64,000 nucleotides of DNA from Patescibacteria group bacterium (GCA_023379025.1 JAMCTH010000005.1:20663-84662); one strand, 5' to 3'. Numbered from the stretch's first letter, positions 1 to 10,041 are shown. The notes: a model not told the origin generated them from the sequence alone. Numbers and translations: made by a program.

Positions 1-815
1 TGTTCCGTATATTCTACGACTTTTATCCTCTGCCGTTGCCAATCAATGGTTTTAGCATTGTACATGGCGATATCTGCCTGATTAAAGAGATCCTGTGCAG
101 TTAAACCCGGAAGACTCTCCTGATTAAAATGAACTACTCCTACGCTTAATCCTATGGCTTCCATACCTGGTAGGTTCTTATTCAGCTCATACTGCCGTTC
201 CAATCTGCGTTGTAATTCTTCTACCGGTATATCTCCCGCTCCGAAAAATATCAGTCCGTACTCATCTCCATTTTCTGCCTTGCCGGCTACATGGGCATCG
301 ATGTTTCGACGAGTCCCGTCAAATCCAAGGCCCGCGATATCATACGGCCTCTTGATTGCGGAAACCATGTTACCCACCGTCTGAAGCACCTGATTACCAA
401 TCTCATGCCCATGTACATCGTTTACGCCTTTTTTAAAATGATCAATATCGATCACGATAACTGATACGGTTCCAGGGATGTTCTCCCGGATCATATCCAT
501 ATACCGATTAGTTATGCTAACAAGAACTGGTTTATTCGGAAGACTGGTAAGATAATCGCGTTGGGCCTTTTGGGCTTCGTAAAACGATGACACAACTCCA
601 CGCCTAAGCATACTCTCAAACACGGGTACGTCGACATTGGGTAAGGCAATAGGGAGAAGCCGGAATAACAAATCGTCATAAAGCCGTGCATATTCCTCAC
701 GAAGGTGTGCTTTAAGACCGCGGAGAAGAAGAGGGGGAGGCTTGTACCGAAGCCGATTATAAGCCTCGCGCTCGGGTAATGACAGAAGCTCCAATGCACC
801 TTCCGATGGACTCAT
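1..815 (-). CDS. GGDEF-domain (diguanylate-cyclase-like) protein, N-terminal ~270 aa; C-terminus lies beyond window start
   Basis: Minus-strand frame runs from ATG at 815..813 (ATGA overlap with the gatB stop) to position 1 without a stop; it is absent from the ORF track because no stop lies in the window. Translation includes [29 protein letters not shown], matching the GGDEF-domain DxDxFKxxND block. The expected RxGGDEF motif reads [10 protein letters not shown] and is degenerate. Confidence 0.5.
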   Translation of the reverse strand, partial: MSPSEGALELLSLPEREAYNRLRYKPPPLLLRGLKAHLREEYARLYDDLLFRLLPIALPNVDVPVFESMLRRGVVSSFYEAQKAQRDYLTSLPNKPVLVSITNRYMDMIRENIPGTVSVIVIDIDHFKKGVNDVHGHEIGNQVLQTVGNMVSAIKRPYDIAGLGFDGTRRNIDAHVAGKAENGDEYGLIFFGAGDIPVEELQRRLERQYELNKNLPGMEAIGLSVGVVHFNQESLPGLTAQDLFNQADIAMYNAKTIDWQRQRIKVVEYTE

Positions 816-2224
816 AGCGAATAGTTTGCCAATAATTCTTTCAGTCGCGTGAGGATCAATTTTGGGTCCGCAGCAATCTGCTTCCTCACCTGTCCCATAA
901 GGAACATAAGGCTTGCTTCCTTGCCGTTTTTGTAATCGGCGGCGGCTTTGGGATTGTCCGTGATGGCCTTCTGAATTGCGGCATCCACGTCATCGTCGGA
1001 TACGGTTACCGCCTCTGACGCTTCCATAATGCGTTTCACAAGCTCGGCAGGAAGCACCGTCTCCGTATCGATGCCGCGGTTGATAAGCCAGTTCGCTATC
1101 TGTTTCGGCGTGACCGGGGCTTTTGCGCCGAGCGTACGGCCTACCCGTACGGCTTCCTCAAAGTAGTCGGCGCGCTGCCGCCTCTCCGTAATGCGTACGG
1201 CATCGGCTGCGTTGAGCCCGTAGTCCTTCGTAAACCGGGAACGCTTCGCGTCCGGCAGCTCCGGAATCCGGGATCTGAGCACTGAAATTTGGGATCGTCT
1301 CCACTGCATGGGAGGGATATCCGGCTCCGGAAAATAGCGGTAATCGTTTGCTTCTTCCTTATGGCGCTGCGGCACGGTCATGTTTTTGCCTTCGTTCCAT
1401 CCGCGCGTTTCCTGGACGGGCTCTTCCCCGCGGACCAGAACTTCGGTTTGACGGGCTATTTCATACTCGAGTGCCTTCCTGCCGAAGCGGAACGAATTGA
1501 TGTTTTTGAGCTCCACGCGATAGGGCGGCAATGCCTTTAAATCTTGGGATGTCGGGTTTTTTGGAGATTTGGTCATTGGGATTTGTGATTTACGCATCGA
1601 TATTGACGGTTCGAGCCTCATGCTGCCTTTTTCCATATCCGCATTGGAAATGCCGAGATAGCGCACGATCTCCTGGAGTTTTTTGAGATAAATGTCGACT
1701 TCGTCAACCGAGCAAAAATCCGGCTCCGTCACGATCTCGACAAGCGGCACGCCGCTCCGGTTAAAGTCGATAAGGGAGACGTGCCTGCCGTCTACGGTCT
1801 CGTGGAGGAGCTTGCCCGTATCTTCTTCCATGTGGACCCGGCGGATACGGATCGGCTTGGCGCTGCCTCCCGGCAATGCTATCGAGAGAAGTCCCCCGAT
1901 ACAGAGCGGCTGATCGTACTGACTGATCTGATAGCCCTTGGGCAGATCAGGGTAAAAATAATGTTTCCGGTCGAATTTACTCACTTCGGGGATGCTGCAG
2001 CCCAAGGCAAGCCCCAACATGATGCACCACTCGACCGCCTTCCGGTTCGGGACAGGAAGCGCTCCCGGAAGCCCCAGACATACCGGACAGCAGTCTGTAT
2101 TGGGCTTGTGGCCGAAATAGTCGGCACTGCAGCCGCAGAACATCTTGCTCCGGGTCGCAAGCTCGACATGGACTTCCAGACCGATGACCGGTTCGAATTG
2201 CTGATCCATACTCATGATACGCAC
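812..2224 (-). CDS. gatB: Asp/Glu-tRNA(Asn/Gln) amidotransferase subunit B
   Basis: 470-aa ORF with [48 protein letters not shown] and [11 protein letters not shown], all GatB hallmarks. The ORF-track start is GTG at 2224; an in-frame ATG at 2215 or 2206 is the more likely start. Confidence 0.9.
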   Translation of the reverse strand: MRIMSMDQQFEPVIGLEVHVELATRSKMFCGCSADYFGHKPNTDCCPVCLGLPGALPVPNRKAVEWCIMLGLALGCSIPEVSKFDRKHYFYPDLPKGYQISQYDQPLCIGGLLSIALPGGSAKPIRIRRVHMEEDTGKLLHETVDGRHVSLIDFNRSGVPLVEIVTEPDFCSVDEVDIYLKKLQEIVRYLGISNADMEKGSMRLEPSISMRKSQIPMTKSPKNPTSQDLKALPPYRVELKNINSFRFGRKALEYEIARQTEVLVRGEEPVQETRGWNEGKNMTVPQRHKEEANDYRYFPEPDIPPMQWRRSQISVLRSRIPELPDAKRSRFTKDYGLNAADAVRITERRQRADYFEEAVRVGRTLGAKAPVTPKQIANWLINRGIDTETVLPAELVKRIMEASEAVTVSDDDVDAAIQKAITDNPKAAADYKNGKEASLMFLMGQVRKQIAADPKLILTRLKELLANYSL

Positions 2225-2251
2225 ACTTCGATGTATCGATACATCGAAGTG
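2224..2251. repeat. Perfect 28-bp palindrome CACTTCGATGTATCGATACATCGAAGTG filling the gatA-gatB spacer
   Basis: Read directly: the two halves are exact reverse complements centred on ATCGAT. The 22-bp core ACTTCGATGTATCGATACATCG recurs at 5592..5613. Confidence 0.8.
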
Positions 2252-3667
2252 TTAAAACCCCTCGGGATGTACGTTGTAATATGCTGTTTCTTTCTCAAAT
2301 GCCGCACCGATTTTATATAATAATGGTTCCGAAAACTGCGGCCCGGCGAGCTGCATGCCGACCGGCAGACCCCGGGTAAATCCGGCGGGAACGGAGAGTG
2401 ACGGAACCCCCGCGATGTTCATGGGACAAAGGAATATATCGGAAAGGTACATCGTAAGCGGGTCGGCCGTCTTTTCCCCGATCCGAAACGGCGGGGTCGG
2501 CGATGAAGGAACGAGAAGTGCGTCAACCGTCCCGAAGACGTCAGCAAAATCTTTCCTTATGAGGGTACGTACTTTCGAAGCTTTACGGTAGTAGGCGTCG
2601 TAATAGCCTGCGGAAAGCGTATGCGTCCCGAGCATGATACGGCGCTTGGCCTCCGGTCCGAAGGTGTCACGACCCAGACCGAAACGCACACCGTCAAACC
2701 GTGCCAGGTTCGAGCTGATCTCGGAAGGCACGAGGATGTAATAGCAGGCCATGGCCGCTCCGGTATGCGGGAGGGACACCTGCCGTACCGCGGCACCGAG
2801 TTTCTTGAATACGAGGACCGCATCCTCAATGGTTTTCGCTACGTCCGGATCCATACCTTCGACCCCGTAGTATTCTTTCGGCAGACCGATCGTGACGCCT
2901 TTGAGCGTTCCCGTCGTTTTCGGCACATACGCCGGTACCGCAACATCCGCCGTGGTCGCGTCATACGGGTCGTGACCCGCAGTGACTCCCAAGACCATGG
3001 CATTATCGCGGACGGTCCGCGTGATATGGCCGATCGTATCAAAGGAGGACGCCATGGGGATGATGCCGTACCGGGATACCCTGCCATAGGTAGGCTTGAG
3101 TCCCACCAGGTTGCAGTACGCGGCGGGAAGCCGTACGGAGCTGCCGGTATCCGTGCCCGTGGCCATGAGGCACATACCGCTTGCGACAGCCGCGGCAGAG
3201 CCGGAACTCGAGCCGCCGGGAACGCGACCGGTGTCATACGGATTTCTCGTGGGTTCGTAGTCCGTGTTTTCTCCCGAAGACCCGTGTCCCCAGGCATCCT
3301 CATTGGTTTTTCCGACGATAACCGCACCTGCTTCTTTGAGTTTATAGACTACGGTGGCGTCAAACGGAGGAACATAGCTCCCGATGATCCGGGAACCTGC
3401 TGTCGTGCGGATACCTTTTGTCGTAAACAGGTCTTTAAGGGCGACCGGGATACCGAGAAGCGGTCCGTCCAGTCCCCCGGCAATGCGTCTGTCTGCTTCA
3501 TCTGCAGCCGACAATGCCTCATCTTCCGTGACGGTCAGAAAGGCATGGAGGGAACCGTCATATCGCCTGATACGCGCAAGGCACATCCCGGTAAGCTCAC
3601 GGGAAGAAATGGTACGGGCCCGAAGCTTTTGCCGCGCTTCTTCGATGGTCATATATGCTGTATCCAT
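2252..3667 (-). CDS. gatA: Glu-tRNA(Gln) amidotransferase subunit A (amidase family)
   Basis: 471 aa with the amidase signature GGSSSGSAAAVA and the GatA-like N-terminus MTIEEARQKL...; it sits between gatC and gatB. Confidence 0.9.
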   Translation of the reverse strand: MDTAYMTIEEARQKLRARTISSRELTGMCLARIRRYDGSLHAFLTVTEDEALSAADEADRRIAGGLDGPLLGIPVALKDLFTTKGIRTTAGSRIIGSYVPPFDATVVYKLKEAGAVIVGKTNEDAWGHGSSGENTDYEPTRNPYDTGRVPGGSSSGSAAAVASGMCLMATGTDTGSSVRLPAAYCNLVGLKPTYGRVSRYGIIPMASSFDTIGHITRTVRDNAMVLGVTAGHDPYDATTADVAVPAYVPKTTGTLKGVTIGLPKEYYGVEGMDPDVAKTIEDAVLVFKKLGAAVRQVSLPHTGAAMACYYILVPSEISSNLARFDGVRFGLGRDTFGPEAKRRIMLGTHTLSAGYYDAYYRKASKVRTLIRKDFADVFGTVDALLVPSSPTPPFRIGEKTADPLTMYLSDIFLCPMNIAGVPSLSVPAGFTRGLPVGMQLAGPQFSEPLLYKIGAAFEKETAYYNVHPEGF

Positions 3668-3668
3668 G

Positions 3669-3995
3669 CTATGATTCCCCGTCCAAAATTGCTTTCACTT
3701 TCACAAATCCGTTATAAGCATCCGGTGCGTTGGCAAGTACTGCATCCTGGGAGAGGGAACGGGAGGGATCAACGACGTCTTCACGGAACACGTTTGAACG
3801 CCCGGTGACCTGCGAAGTCTCCTCGACGCCATCTGTCGGCGTGGCCGAAAGTTCGGAAATATATCCGACGACCCGGGTGAGTTGCGGAGACAGTGTTTCT
3901 TCTTCTTTCGTCGAAAGCCTAAGATGAGCAAGTGCCGCAGCGTGCTGAATGTCATGACGCGTCAATGAGACTGCTGATCTTTTCTGTTGCCCCAT
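3669..3995 (-). CDS. gatC: Asp/Glu-tRNA amidotransferase subunit C
   Basis: 108-aa protein immediately upstream of gatA with a 1-bp spacer, giving the gatCAB order; size and charge pattern fit GatC. Confidence 0.7.
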   Translation of the reverse strand: MGQQKRSAVSLTRHDIQHAAALAHLRLSTKEEETLSPQLTRVVGYISELSATPTDGVEETSQVTGRSNVFREDVVDPSRSLSQDAVLANAPDAYNGFVKVKAILDGES

Positions 3996-4033
3996 GCACT
4001 CATTATACCGGAAAGGGCTACGTGAGGAAATAA

Positions 4034-4273
4034 TTATGGGAAATATCCCAGGGACTCGAAAAGTCCTCCGGCTCCTGAGGTGAACGCCCGGGACAAAACC
4101 GGATCGGAGCGGATAAGGGGAAGTGACCAGGCAAGGATATAAAAAAATTCCTCAACATCTGCTCTAAGACTTACTTCGGCACATGTCGACTGCTGAAGAT
4201 TCCATGCAGTCATCCGTCCAAGGGTTTCTGCCCACCCCGGCGTACCGATAATCTCCGCGGCAACGGTTTCCAT
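4034..4273 (-). CDS. Hypothetical small protein (79 aa) in the gatD-gatC gap
   Basis: The only ORF in the 306-bp same-strand gap; no recognisable motif. It could instead be an untranslated spacer or promoter region. Confidence 0.2.
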   Translation of the reverse strand: METVAAEIIGTPGWAETLGRMTAWNLQQSTCAEVSLRADVEEFFYILAWSLPLIRSDPVLSRAFTSGAGGLFESLGYFP

Positions 4274-4301
4274 CAGAATACATCCAGTATACCACCCGGC
4301 G

Positions 4302-5108
4302 TCAGATACGGTTCAAGACGGCAGTTTGAGCACGGTATTCGAGCGTGTCATCAAGCGCGGGTAACGGAATCCGTTTTCCGTATTTGGTTTCAAGCGCGCG
4401 TTGTATCAGCCAGTCCGCAAGCAGCGGATTTTTCGGGAGAAGCGGCCCGTGGAAGTAACTGCCGACGGCATGCTTATAGACGGCACCTTCAAAACCGTCT
4501 TCCCCGTTGTTCCCGAACCCTTTGATGACTTTTGCCAGGGGCTTGAGCGCCGGTCCGAGGTACGTCCTGCCGCCGTGGTTTTCAAATCCGACAATAGTAG
4601 TTCTTTTAGTCATTCTGGCGTGTCCAGAATCTGATTCTGGAGTCGCTGACGCTCCCCAGAATGACGGCAAAATCTCGGCAACCACGTTTCCTATCAAACG
4701 TTTGGCCTGATCGCCGGAGTGCTCGGTATAGAGGTCAAAAATTCCCGGACCGGGAATGCGGTCCCCCTGATAGGGCTTGTAATACCTCCCGACCGCCTGA
4801 TACGCGGCACAGACAAAGAGCGCCGGGACTCCGCGTTCCACCATGTCTCTCATAATCGGGCTTTTCCGCTCCAGAAAATCACGCCCGGCGATTTTCTGCT
4901 GCCGGTCCTGCGCCCCTCCCATGAAGATAAGGTCGGAGGATTTCAGTTCGCGGACCGCTGTACCGAGGCTAATGTCTTTGACTATAACATCAATACCCCG
5001 CCACTCGGCCCTTTTGGTAACCGCGATGATATTCCCGCGATCCCCGTACGTGGACATAAGATCCGGATAGAGCCACGCGATATTCAAATTCATTGTTATA
5101 ACAACCAA
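4302..5108 (-). CDS. gatD: Lipid II isoglutaminyl synthase, glutamine amidotransferase subunit (CobQ/CobB-type GATase)
   Basis: 268 aa, GATase1-like with a VCAAYQ cysteine region and a conserved HGP block; lies immediately downstream of murT, the canonical MurT-GatD pairing. Confidence 0.75.
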   Translation of the reverse strand: MVVITMNLNIAWLYPDLMSTYGDRGNIIAVTKRAEWRGIDVIVKDISLGTAVRELKSSDLIFMGGAQDRQQKIAGRDFLERKSPIMRDMVERGVPALFVCAAYQAVGRYYKPYQGDRIPGPGIFDLYTEHSGDQAKRLIGNVVAEILPSFWGASATPESDSGHARMTKRTTIVGFENHGGRTYLGPALKPLAKVIKGFGNNGEDGFEGAVYKHAVGSYFHGPLLPKNPLLADWLIQRALETKYGKRIPLPALDDTLEYRAQTAVLNRI

Positions 5109-5153
5109 AATGTGCCGTCAGTGTAAATGAATCGATTCATTTACACTGCGGTT

Positions 5154-6479
5154 TTACAGAATGTGTTTACCTGTAAGAATCTTTCTCACCTCTAACATCG
5201 CCGAATAGGTCGGCAGGACATACAATGTTTCGCCCGGTCGGACCCTGTCTAGCGCGCTCTCGATTGCGCGCGGTAGCTCCGGTTCTCTGTGGTATTCCGT
5301 CATACCCGAATATTTCATCCGGAGCGCCAGGTCATATACCCGGTCGCCGCTTACGACAGCCTGTACACCGGGAGGGACCGTTTCAAAATCCACATCCCAG
5401 ATCCAGGACACGTCGCGCCCGTCCGGAATCCGGTCATTAAGGACCAGGAGGACCGCTGTTGCCTTCAGTTCGATGACCGTGCGCAGTGAAGCGTTAAAGC
5501 CGGCCGGGTTTTTTGATAAGAAAAGTTTTATCTTCTTCCCGTCTTTGACGAATTCTTCCTGCCTGCCGAATGCGGGCGTAAATCCCGCGAGACTTCGATG
5601 TATCGATACATCGGTGCAACCAACGAGTTTCCCGACGCATCCTGCCGCGCGCGTGTTGTAAAGATTATAGAGCCCCGGAAGCGGAGACCGGAGCCGGGAG
5701 GCCTGCACCGGGGGCCTTGCGAAACCGCAATGCGGGCATGACCATACGCCCAAATGAGAAAAGTAAACGCCCTGGTAGAAAAGCTTCCGGCCGCAGCGCG
5801 GACAGTATGCGGAATCAGTGGCATGTTCCGCCTTTTTTAAGAAGAAAGACGGCGAGTCAATCCCGAAAAACACCGTCGGGAGAGCGCTTTTTTGGGCTAT
5901 AGAGACGATGAGCGGATCATCGGCATTGGCAATAAGCTGAATGTCAGCACATTGTCTTCCCCTCTTCCCGTCTCCCGGACTCCGTATCTTTAATGCCTTC
6001 TCCCACTTTTCGGCGATGATGTCGACTTCCCCGTACCGGTCGAGCTGATCGCGGAAAAGGTTGAGGAAAACAATGTTGACCTGACGGCCGTGCATGAAAG
6101 GTAACAGCAGCGGTAATGAATTTTCGTCTACTTCAAACACGCCCCAATCCGCATCGATACGTCCCGTCCGGGAAGCAGATTTGATGCATGCGGAAACGAT
6201 GCCGTTCAACAAATTTGCTCCGCTTGCATTATGCACAATCCGCTCACCGTTATCCTCAAGAATTTTTTTGATCATGAGGGAAGTGGTCGTTTTCCCGTTG
6301 GTTCCCGCCACAATGATGACGCCTTTCCGGAGATCCGAGGTAAAATCGTTGAGTATGTCCGGCTTAGCATAGAGTGCAAGCTCTCCCGGCCATGTCGCAC
6401 CAGCGCCAAGATTCAAAAATCTGCTTAGACGGGAAACGAGGTTATTCAGGATTACGATTACGGAAATCGGAATATTCAT
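5154..6479 (-). CDS. murT: Lipid II isoglutaminyl synthase, Mur-ligase-family subunit MurT
   Basis: 441 aa with the Mur-ligase P-loop VAGTNGKTTT, a Cys-rich segment CPRCGRK...CPHCG, and a C-terminal domain typical of MurT (DUF1727). Confidence 0.8.
   Translation of the reverse strand: MNIPISVIVILNNLVSRLSRFLNLGAGATWPGELALYAKPDILNDFTSDLRKGVIIVAGTNGKTTTSLMIKKILEDNGERIVHNASGANLLNGIVSACIKSASRTGRIDADWGVFEVDENSLPLLLPFMHGRQVNIVFLNLFRDQLDRYGEVDIIAEKWEKALKIRSPGDGKRGRQCADIQLIANADDPLIVSIAQKSALPTVFFGIDSPSFFLKKAEHATDSAYCPRCGRKLFYQGVYFSHLGVWSCPHCGFARPPVQASRLRSPLPGLYNLYNTRAAGCVGKLVGCTDVSIHRSLAGFTPAFGRQEEFVKDGKKIKLFLSKNPAGFNASLRTVIELKATAVLLVLNDRIPDGRDVSWIWDVDFETVPPGVQAVVSGDRVYDLALRMKYSGMTEYHREPELPRAIESALDRVRPGETLYVLPTYSAMLEVRKILTGKHIL
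5592..5613. repeat. Second copy of the 22-bp palindromic core, inside murT coding sequence
   Basis: Exact 22/22 match to 2225..2246; it encodes TDVSIHRS in MurT. Confidence 0.8.
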
Positions 6480-6556
6480 CCTGAAAGCAATTATCTCACA
6501 CCCGCTGTGTCATTTCGAATGAAGCGAAAGTCAGGAAGTTATTCGACAGCTGTCAT

Positions 6557-7549
6557 TTACATGGACCGGAGTATTTTTATCCTCTCCTCAATCGGCGGAT
6601 GCGTGTCAAAGAGTCCTGCAAACCATGAGCCGAAACTTTTGCCTTTGAACGGATTGACGATGAAAAGATGCGCCGTCGCATTGGTGGACTGCGCCATAAC
6701 GTGCCGGTCGGCGGCAAGCTTCTCAAGCGCCCGCGCCAGTCCTTCCGGATACCGGGTAAGGTAGGCGCCCGACGCATCGGCCAGAAGTTCGCGCCGCCGC
6801 GAAACGGCAAGCTGGATAAGGGTCGCGAGGACCGGTGAAATGATGGCAAGAACGATGCCGACGACGAGAAACAGCTGCCCGCCGGAACGGTTTTCGTCGC
6901 TCTCTCTTCTGCCGCCGCCCCACCAGAGGCTCCTCATGAAGAGATCCGTAAGGAACACGATAGTACCGACCAGGACTGCAACAACGGCAAGAAGCCGCGT
7001 GTCGTAATTTTTGACATGCGACAGTTCGTGGGCTATGACGCCCTCAAGCTCCGTACGGTCGAGCTTCCCGAGGATGCCGCTTGTGGCGCAGACCACGGCG
7101 TGCTGAGGATCCCGGCCCGTCGCAAACGCGTTCATGGCTGGGTCGTCAATGACATAGAGTTTGGGCTTGGGGAGCCCGGCTGCCATGGCGAGATTTTCTG
7201 CAACAGTATAGAAGTTAAAGTCGCGCTTACGGTCCGCGGGGCGCGCGCCCGTCATGGCCAGAACCATCTTGTCCCCCCAATAGTAACTGCCGAAGCTTGA
7301 AATGACGGCAAGAAATACCGCTATCCACATCCAGGAGTTGCCATACCCCAGAGCCTGTCCCAGGACATAGCCGATGAGGACGACAAATACGACAAACCCC
7401 ACCATAAACGCATAGGTTTTGGTTTTATTGGACGAAATCTGCGATTGTATACTCATATCTTTTACTTCCCCGACGGAACACCCCCACCAGCCACCGGATA
7501 TAGCCTCAACCGCTTCCAGTGCTTCGGGAGAAAGTCCCCTATCAGACAT
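6557..7549 (-). CDS. htpX: Zinc metalloprotease HtpX (M48 family)
   Basis: HELSHVKNYD (HExxH) zinc motif, N-terminal TM helices and a typical HtpX C-terminus; the real start is probably the internal ATG near 7456 (MSIQSQ...). Confidence 0.85.
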   Translation of the reverse strand: MSDRGLSPEALEAVEAISGGWWGCSVGEVKDMSIQSQISSNKTKTYAFMVGFVVFVVLIGYVLGQALGYGNSWMWIAVFLAVISSFGSYYWGDKMVLAMTGARPADRKRDFNFYTVAENLAMAAGLPKPKLYVIDDPAMNAFATGRDPQHAVVCATSGILGKLDRTELEGVIAHELSHVKNYDTRLLAVVAVLVGTIVFLTDLFMRSLWWGGGRRESDENRSGGQLFLVVGIVLAIISPVLATLIQLAVSRRRELLADASGAYLTRYPEGLARALEKLAADRHVMAQSTNATAHLFIVNPFKGKSFGSWFAGLFDTHPPIEERIKILRSM

Positions 7550-7555
7550 GACGCG

Positions 7556-8113
7556 TTACTCAAAAGCAACGTGTACGGGTTTTTTATCCTCATCCGACGC
7601 ACCGAAAAATTCCTTTTCCGCAAATCCCATCTGACCGGCCATGAGGTTGGTCGGGAACATACGGATTTTCGCGTTATAGTCCATGACGGTCGTGTTGTAA
7701 AATTGCCTGCTGTAGGCTACTTTGTCTTCCGTGTCCGTCAGTTCACGCTGAAGCTCCAGAAAATTTTCATTGGCTTTCAGCTGCGGATAGTTTTCCGCAA
7801 GCGCGATAAGCTTCCCCAACGCATTGGTCAGAAGGTCGCTTGCCGCAGCTTTTTTCGGGACGGATGTAGCTCCCAGCATGGCTTTATGGGCGTTCGTTAC
7901 TTCAGTGAAAACGCTTTTCTCGTGCTTAGCATACCCCTTGACGGTCGCGACAAGATTAGGGATGAGATCAGCGCGCCGCTTCAACTGCACGTCTATCTGA
8001 GCCCATGCCTCCTCGATCTGGGTCTTCATGGACACGAGACTGTTGTACATGCTCCAGAGCCAGAGCGCTATAAGGACAACAATTCCTCCGATGATAACGA
8101 GTGGTGTAGACAT
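7556..8113 (-). CDS. lemA: LemA family membrane protein
   Basis: 185 aa with an N-terminal TM helix plus the LemA core, in the classic lemA-htpX pairing. Confidence 0.8.
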   Translation of the reverse strand: MSTPLVIIGGIVVLIALWLWSMYNSLVSMKTQIEEAWAQIDVQLKRRADLIPNLVATVKGYAKHEKSVFTEVTNAHKAMLGATSVPKKAAASDLLTNALGKLIALAENYPQLKANENFLELQRELTDTEDKVAYSRQFYNTTVMDYNAKIRMFPTNLMAGQMGFAEKEFFGASDEDKKPVHVAFE

Positions 8114-8138
8114 AGGTCACCTCCTTTCTCGACAATTT

Positions 8139-9986
8139 CTATATTCGGGAAGGTGTGAGCCAGGCAGCAAGATCATTATACTCCATGGAGTTTAAAACAT
8201 CATGAGTGCCGGCCCATCCGCGGCGCGCAACGGATACGCCGTAGCGCATGACATCCATGGCAGTTGCCTCATGGGCATCCGAATCGATAATAAATTTGAG
8301 TCCCTGCCGGCGGGCATCGAAGACGATCGTGTCCGGCAGATCGAGCCTGGCGGGGTGTGCGTTTATCTCAAGCGCAATCCCGCGTGCTTTGCAGACCCGG
8401 AACATTTCCTTCCAGTCAAGGGCGATCCCTTCGCGGTCCGGAAGGAGCCGGCCCGTGGGATGACCGAATATCCGGACTTTCGGATGCGCTGTGAGACCGC
8501 GGACCACCCGTTTGGTCATGGCTCCCTCCGGCTGGGTAAAGCTCGAATGGATGGAGGCGATGACGCCGTCCACATAGGTAAACGCGCTCTCCGGAAGGGC
8601 AAGGGTGCCGTCCGTCAGGATATCCACCTCACAGAGAATAAAGATGCCGACGGCTTTGGTGTGCTTTCGTTGCCAGGCTGCGTGTGCTTTTTCGTAAAAC
8701 GCCTTCCTCCGTTTCATGATGGCCGTTATGTCCTCCGGCGTATGGTTGGTGACACTCGGATTGTGGTCGGAAAGCCCGATATACCGGTAGCCCTGCTCGA
8801 CCGCCCGGTCGAGAAGTACGGCAAGACTGTCTCGGCCGAGGTCATGGGAGGGCTCGAGGTCATAATCACTATGGATGTGGAGGTCGCCTTTTATATCGCT
8901 AAGTCCGACTAAATCAGGAAGTCCGTCGGGCTTCCCCTGAGCCTGGCGGATGGCAGCCTCAAGCTCCCCCCGGTCCTCCCGCAATTCCGGGGGGATCCAC
9001 GGCAGTCCGAGCGCGCGGTAAAAAGCTTCTTCCGTCGCGTACGCCGTCGTTTTCCCTGTTTTGACCTGTTTTATCCCGTACTCGCTGAGGGACAGTCCCT
9101 TGCCGAGAGCCCAGGTACGGAGGGCAATATTATGATTTTTCGAACCGGTGAAATACTGGAGCATGGCACCGTATGCCCTGGGATCCTGGACCCGGAGATC
9201 CGCCTGCCTGCCGTTATGGAGAAGAAGTGAAGCTCCGGTCGGCCCCTTTTCTATCATTTTCTGGTGCGGGTACGAAAGAAACCGGGATATGACGTCGGCC
9301 GGTCTGCCGGTTGCCACGGCGATGTCGATATCCCCGATTGTGGCAACCTGCCGCCGGAGGCTCCCCAGAACCGTAATCTCACGGACCGGAGCTCCCTTCT
9401 GGAGAAATGCGATGATATCCCGGGCGATAGCGTCCGCCTGCGGCAGTCCCATCCGATTTTCTTTGATCTGACCCTTCCGGTATATGGCAATCGCCGAAAG
9501 GATGTCCTGTTCGGATTTTTCTCCAAACCCTTCAAGCGGAGCAATAGCGTGTGCTTTTGCAGCAGTCTCGAGATCACTGACCGCCCGTTTTTCCGTCCGC
9601 ATGTCCAGCGCTTTGACGAGTTTGTATGCCTTTTTCGGTCCGAGGCCGGGCACGAGGAGAAGCGGAAACACCGCTTCCGGCACGCGTTTGAGTGTGGCTT
9701 CAATATGCCGCACGTGGCCCGTACGGAACAGCTCGTCCAGATGCGACCGGATCGCGGGACCGACGCCCGGTATCACACTGAGTTTATCGTCTTCCCAGAG
9801 GTCCTTCACTTCGCTCGTCAGGTGTTCGATGCTGTCGGCAGCCCGTTCGTATGCGATGGTTCTGAATCTGTTTTCACCGAGGATCTCGTAGGCCGCAGCC
9901 ATATTCCGGAGCATGCCCGCAATTGCGAGGTTCGTCATACCTATCGTCATCATACCAAACCGACGCAATCCGGGCAAAAAAGGCAA
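8139..9986 (-). CDS. polX: Family X DNA polymerase with C-terminal PHP phosphoesterase domain (PolX)
   Basis: Pol-beta-like N-terminus (YEILGENRFRTIAYERAA; GVGPAI helix-hairpin-helix; GSLRR...DIDIAV nucleotidyltransferase motif) plus a PHP domain (DLHIHSDYD...). The likely start is MTNLAIAG near 9938. Confidence 0.85.
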   Translation of the reverse strand: MPFLPGLRRFGMMTIGMTNLAIAGMLRNMAAAYEILGENRFRTIAYERAADSIEHLTSEVKDLWEDDKLSVIPGVGPAIRSHLDELFRTGHVRHIEATLKRVPEAVFPLLLVPGLGPKKAYKLVKALDMRTEKRAVSDLETAAKAHAIAPLEGFGEKSEQDILSAIAIYRKGQIKENRMGLPQADAIARDIIAFLQKGAPVREITVLGSLRRQVATIGDIDIAVATGRPADVISRFLSYPHQKMIEKGPTGASLLLHNGRQADLRVQDPRAYGAMLQYFTGSKNHNIALRTWALGKGLSLSEYGIKQVKTGKTTAYATEEAFYRALGLPWIPPELREDRGELEAAIRQAQGKPDGLPDLVGLSDIKGDLHIHSDYDLEPSHDLGRDSLAVLLDRAVEQGYRYIGLSDHNPSVTNHTPEDITAIMKRRKAFYEKAHAAWQRKHTKAVGIFILCEVDILTDGTLALPESAFTYVDGVIASIHSSFTQPEGAMTKRVVRGLTAHPKVRIFGHPTGRLLPDREGIALDWKEMFRVCKARGIALEINAHPARLDLPDTIVFDARRQGLKFIIDSDAHEATAMDVMRYGVSVARRGWAGTHDVLNSMEYNDLAAWLTPSRI

Positions 9987-10041
9987 AAAGCTTGATTGTG
10001 CGGGGTGTGCCCCTATGGTATCATGCTATAAGTCAAAAATT

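Noticed and set aside
2621-3808. 395-aa plus-strand ORF
   Set aside because: Entirely antisense to gatA; Arg/Gly-rich, typical of spurious antisense ORFs in high-GC DNA.
8202-9995. Plus-strand ORFs 8202..8912 and 9264..9995 (236 and 243 aa)
   Set aside because: Antisense to polX; no motifs.
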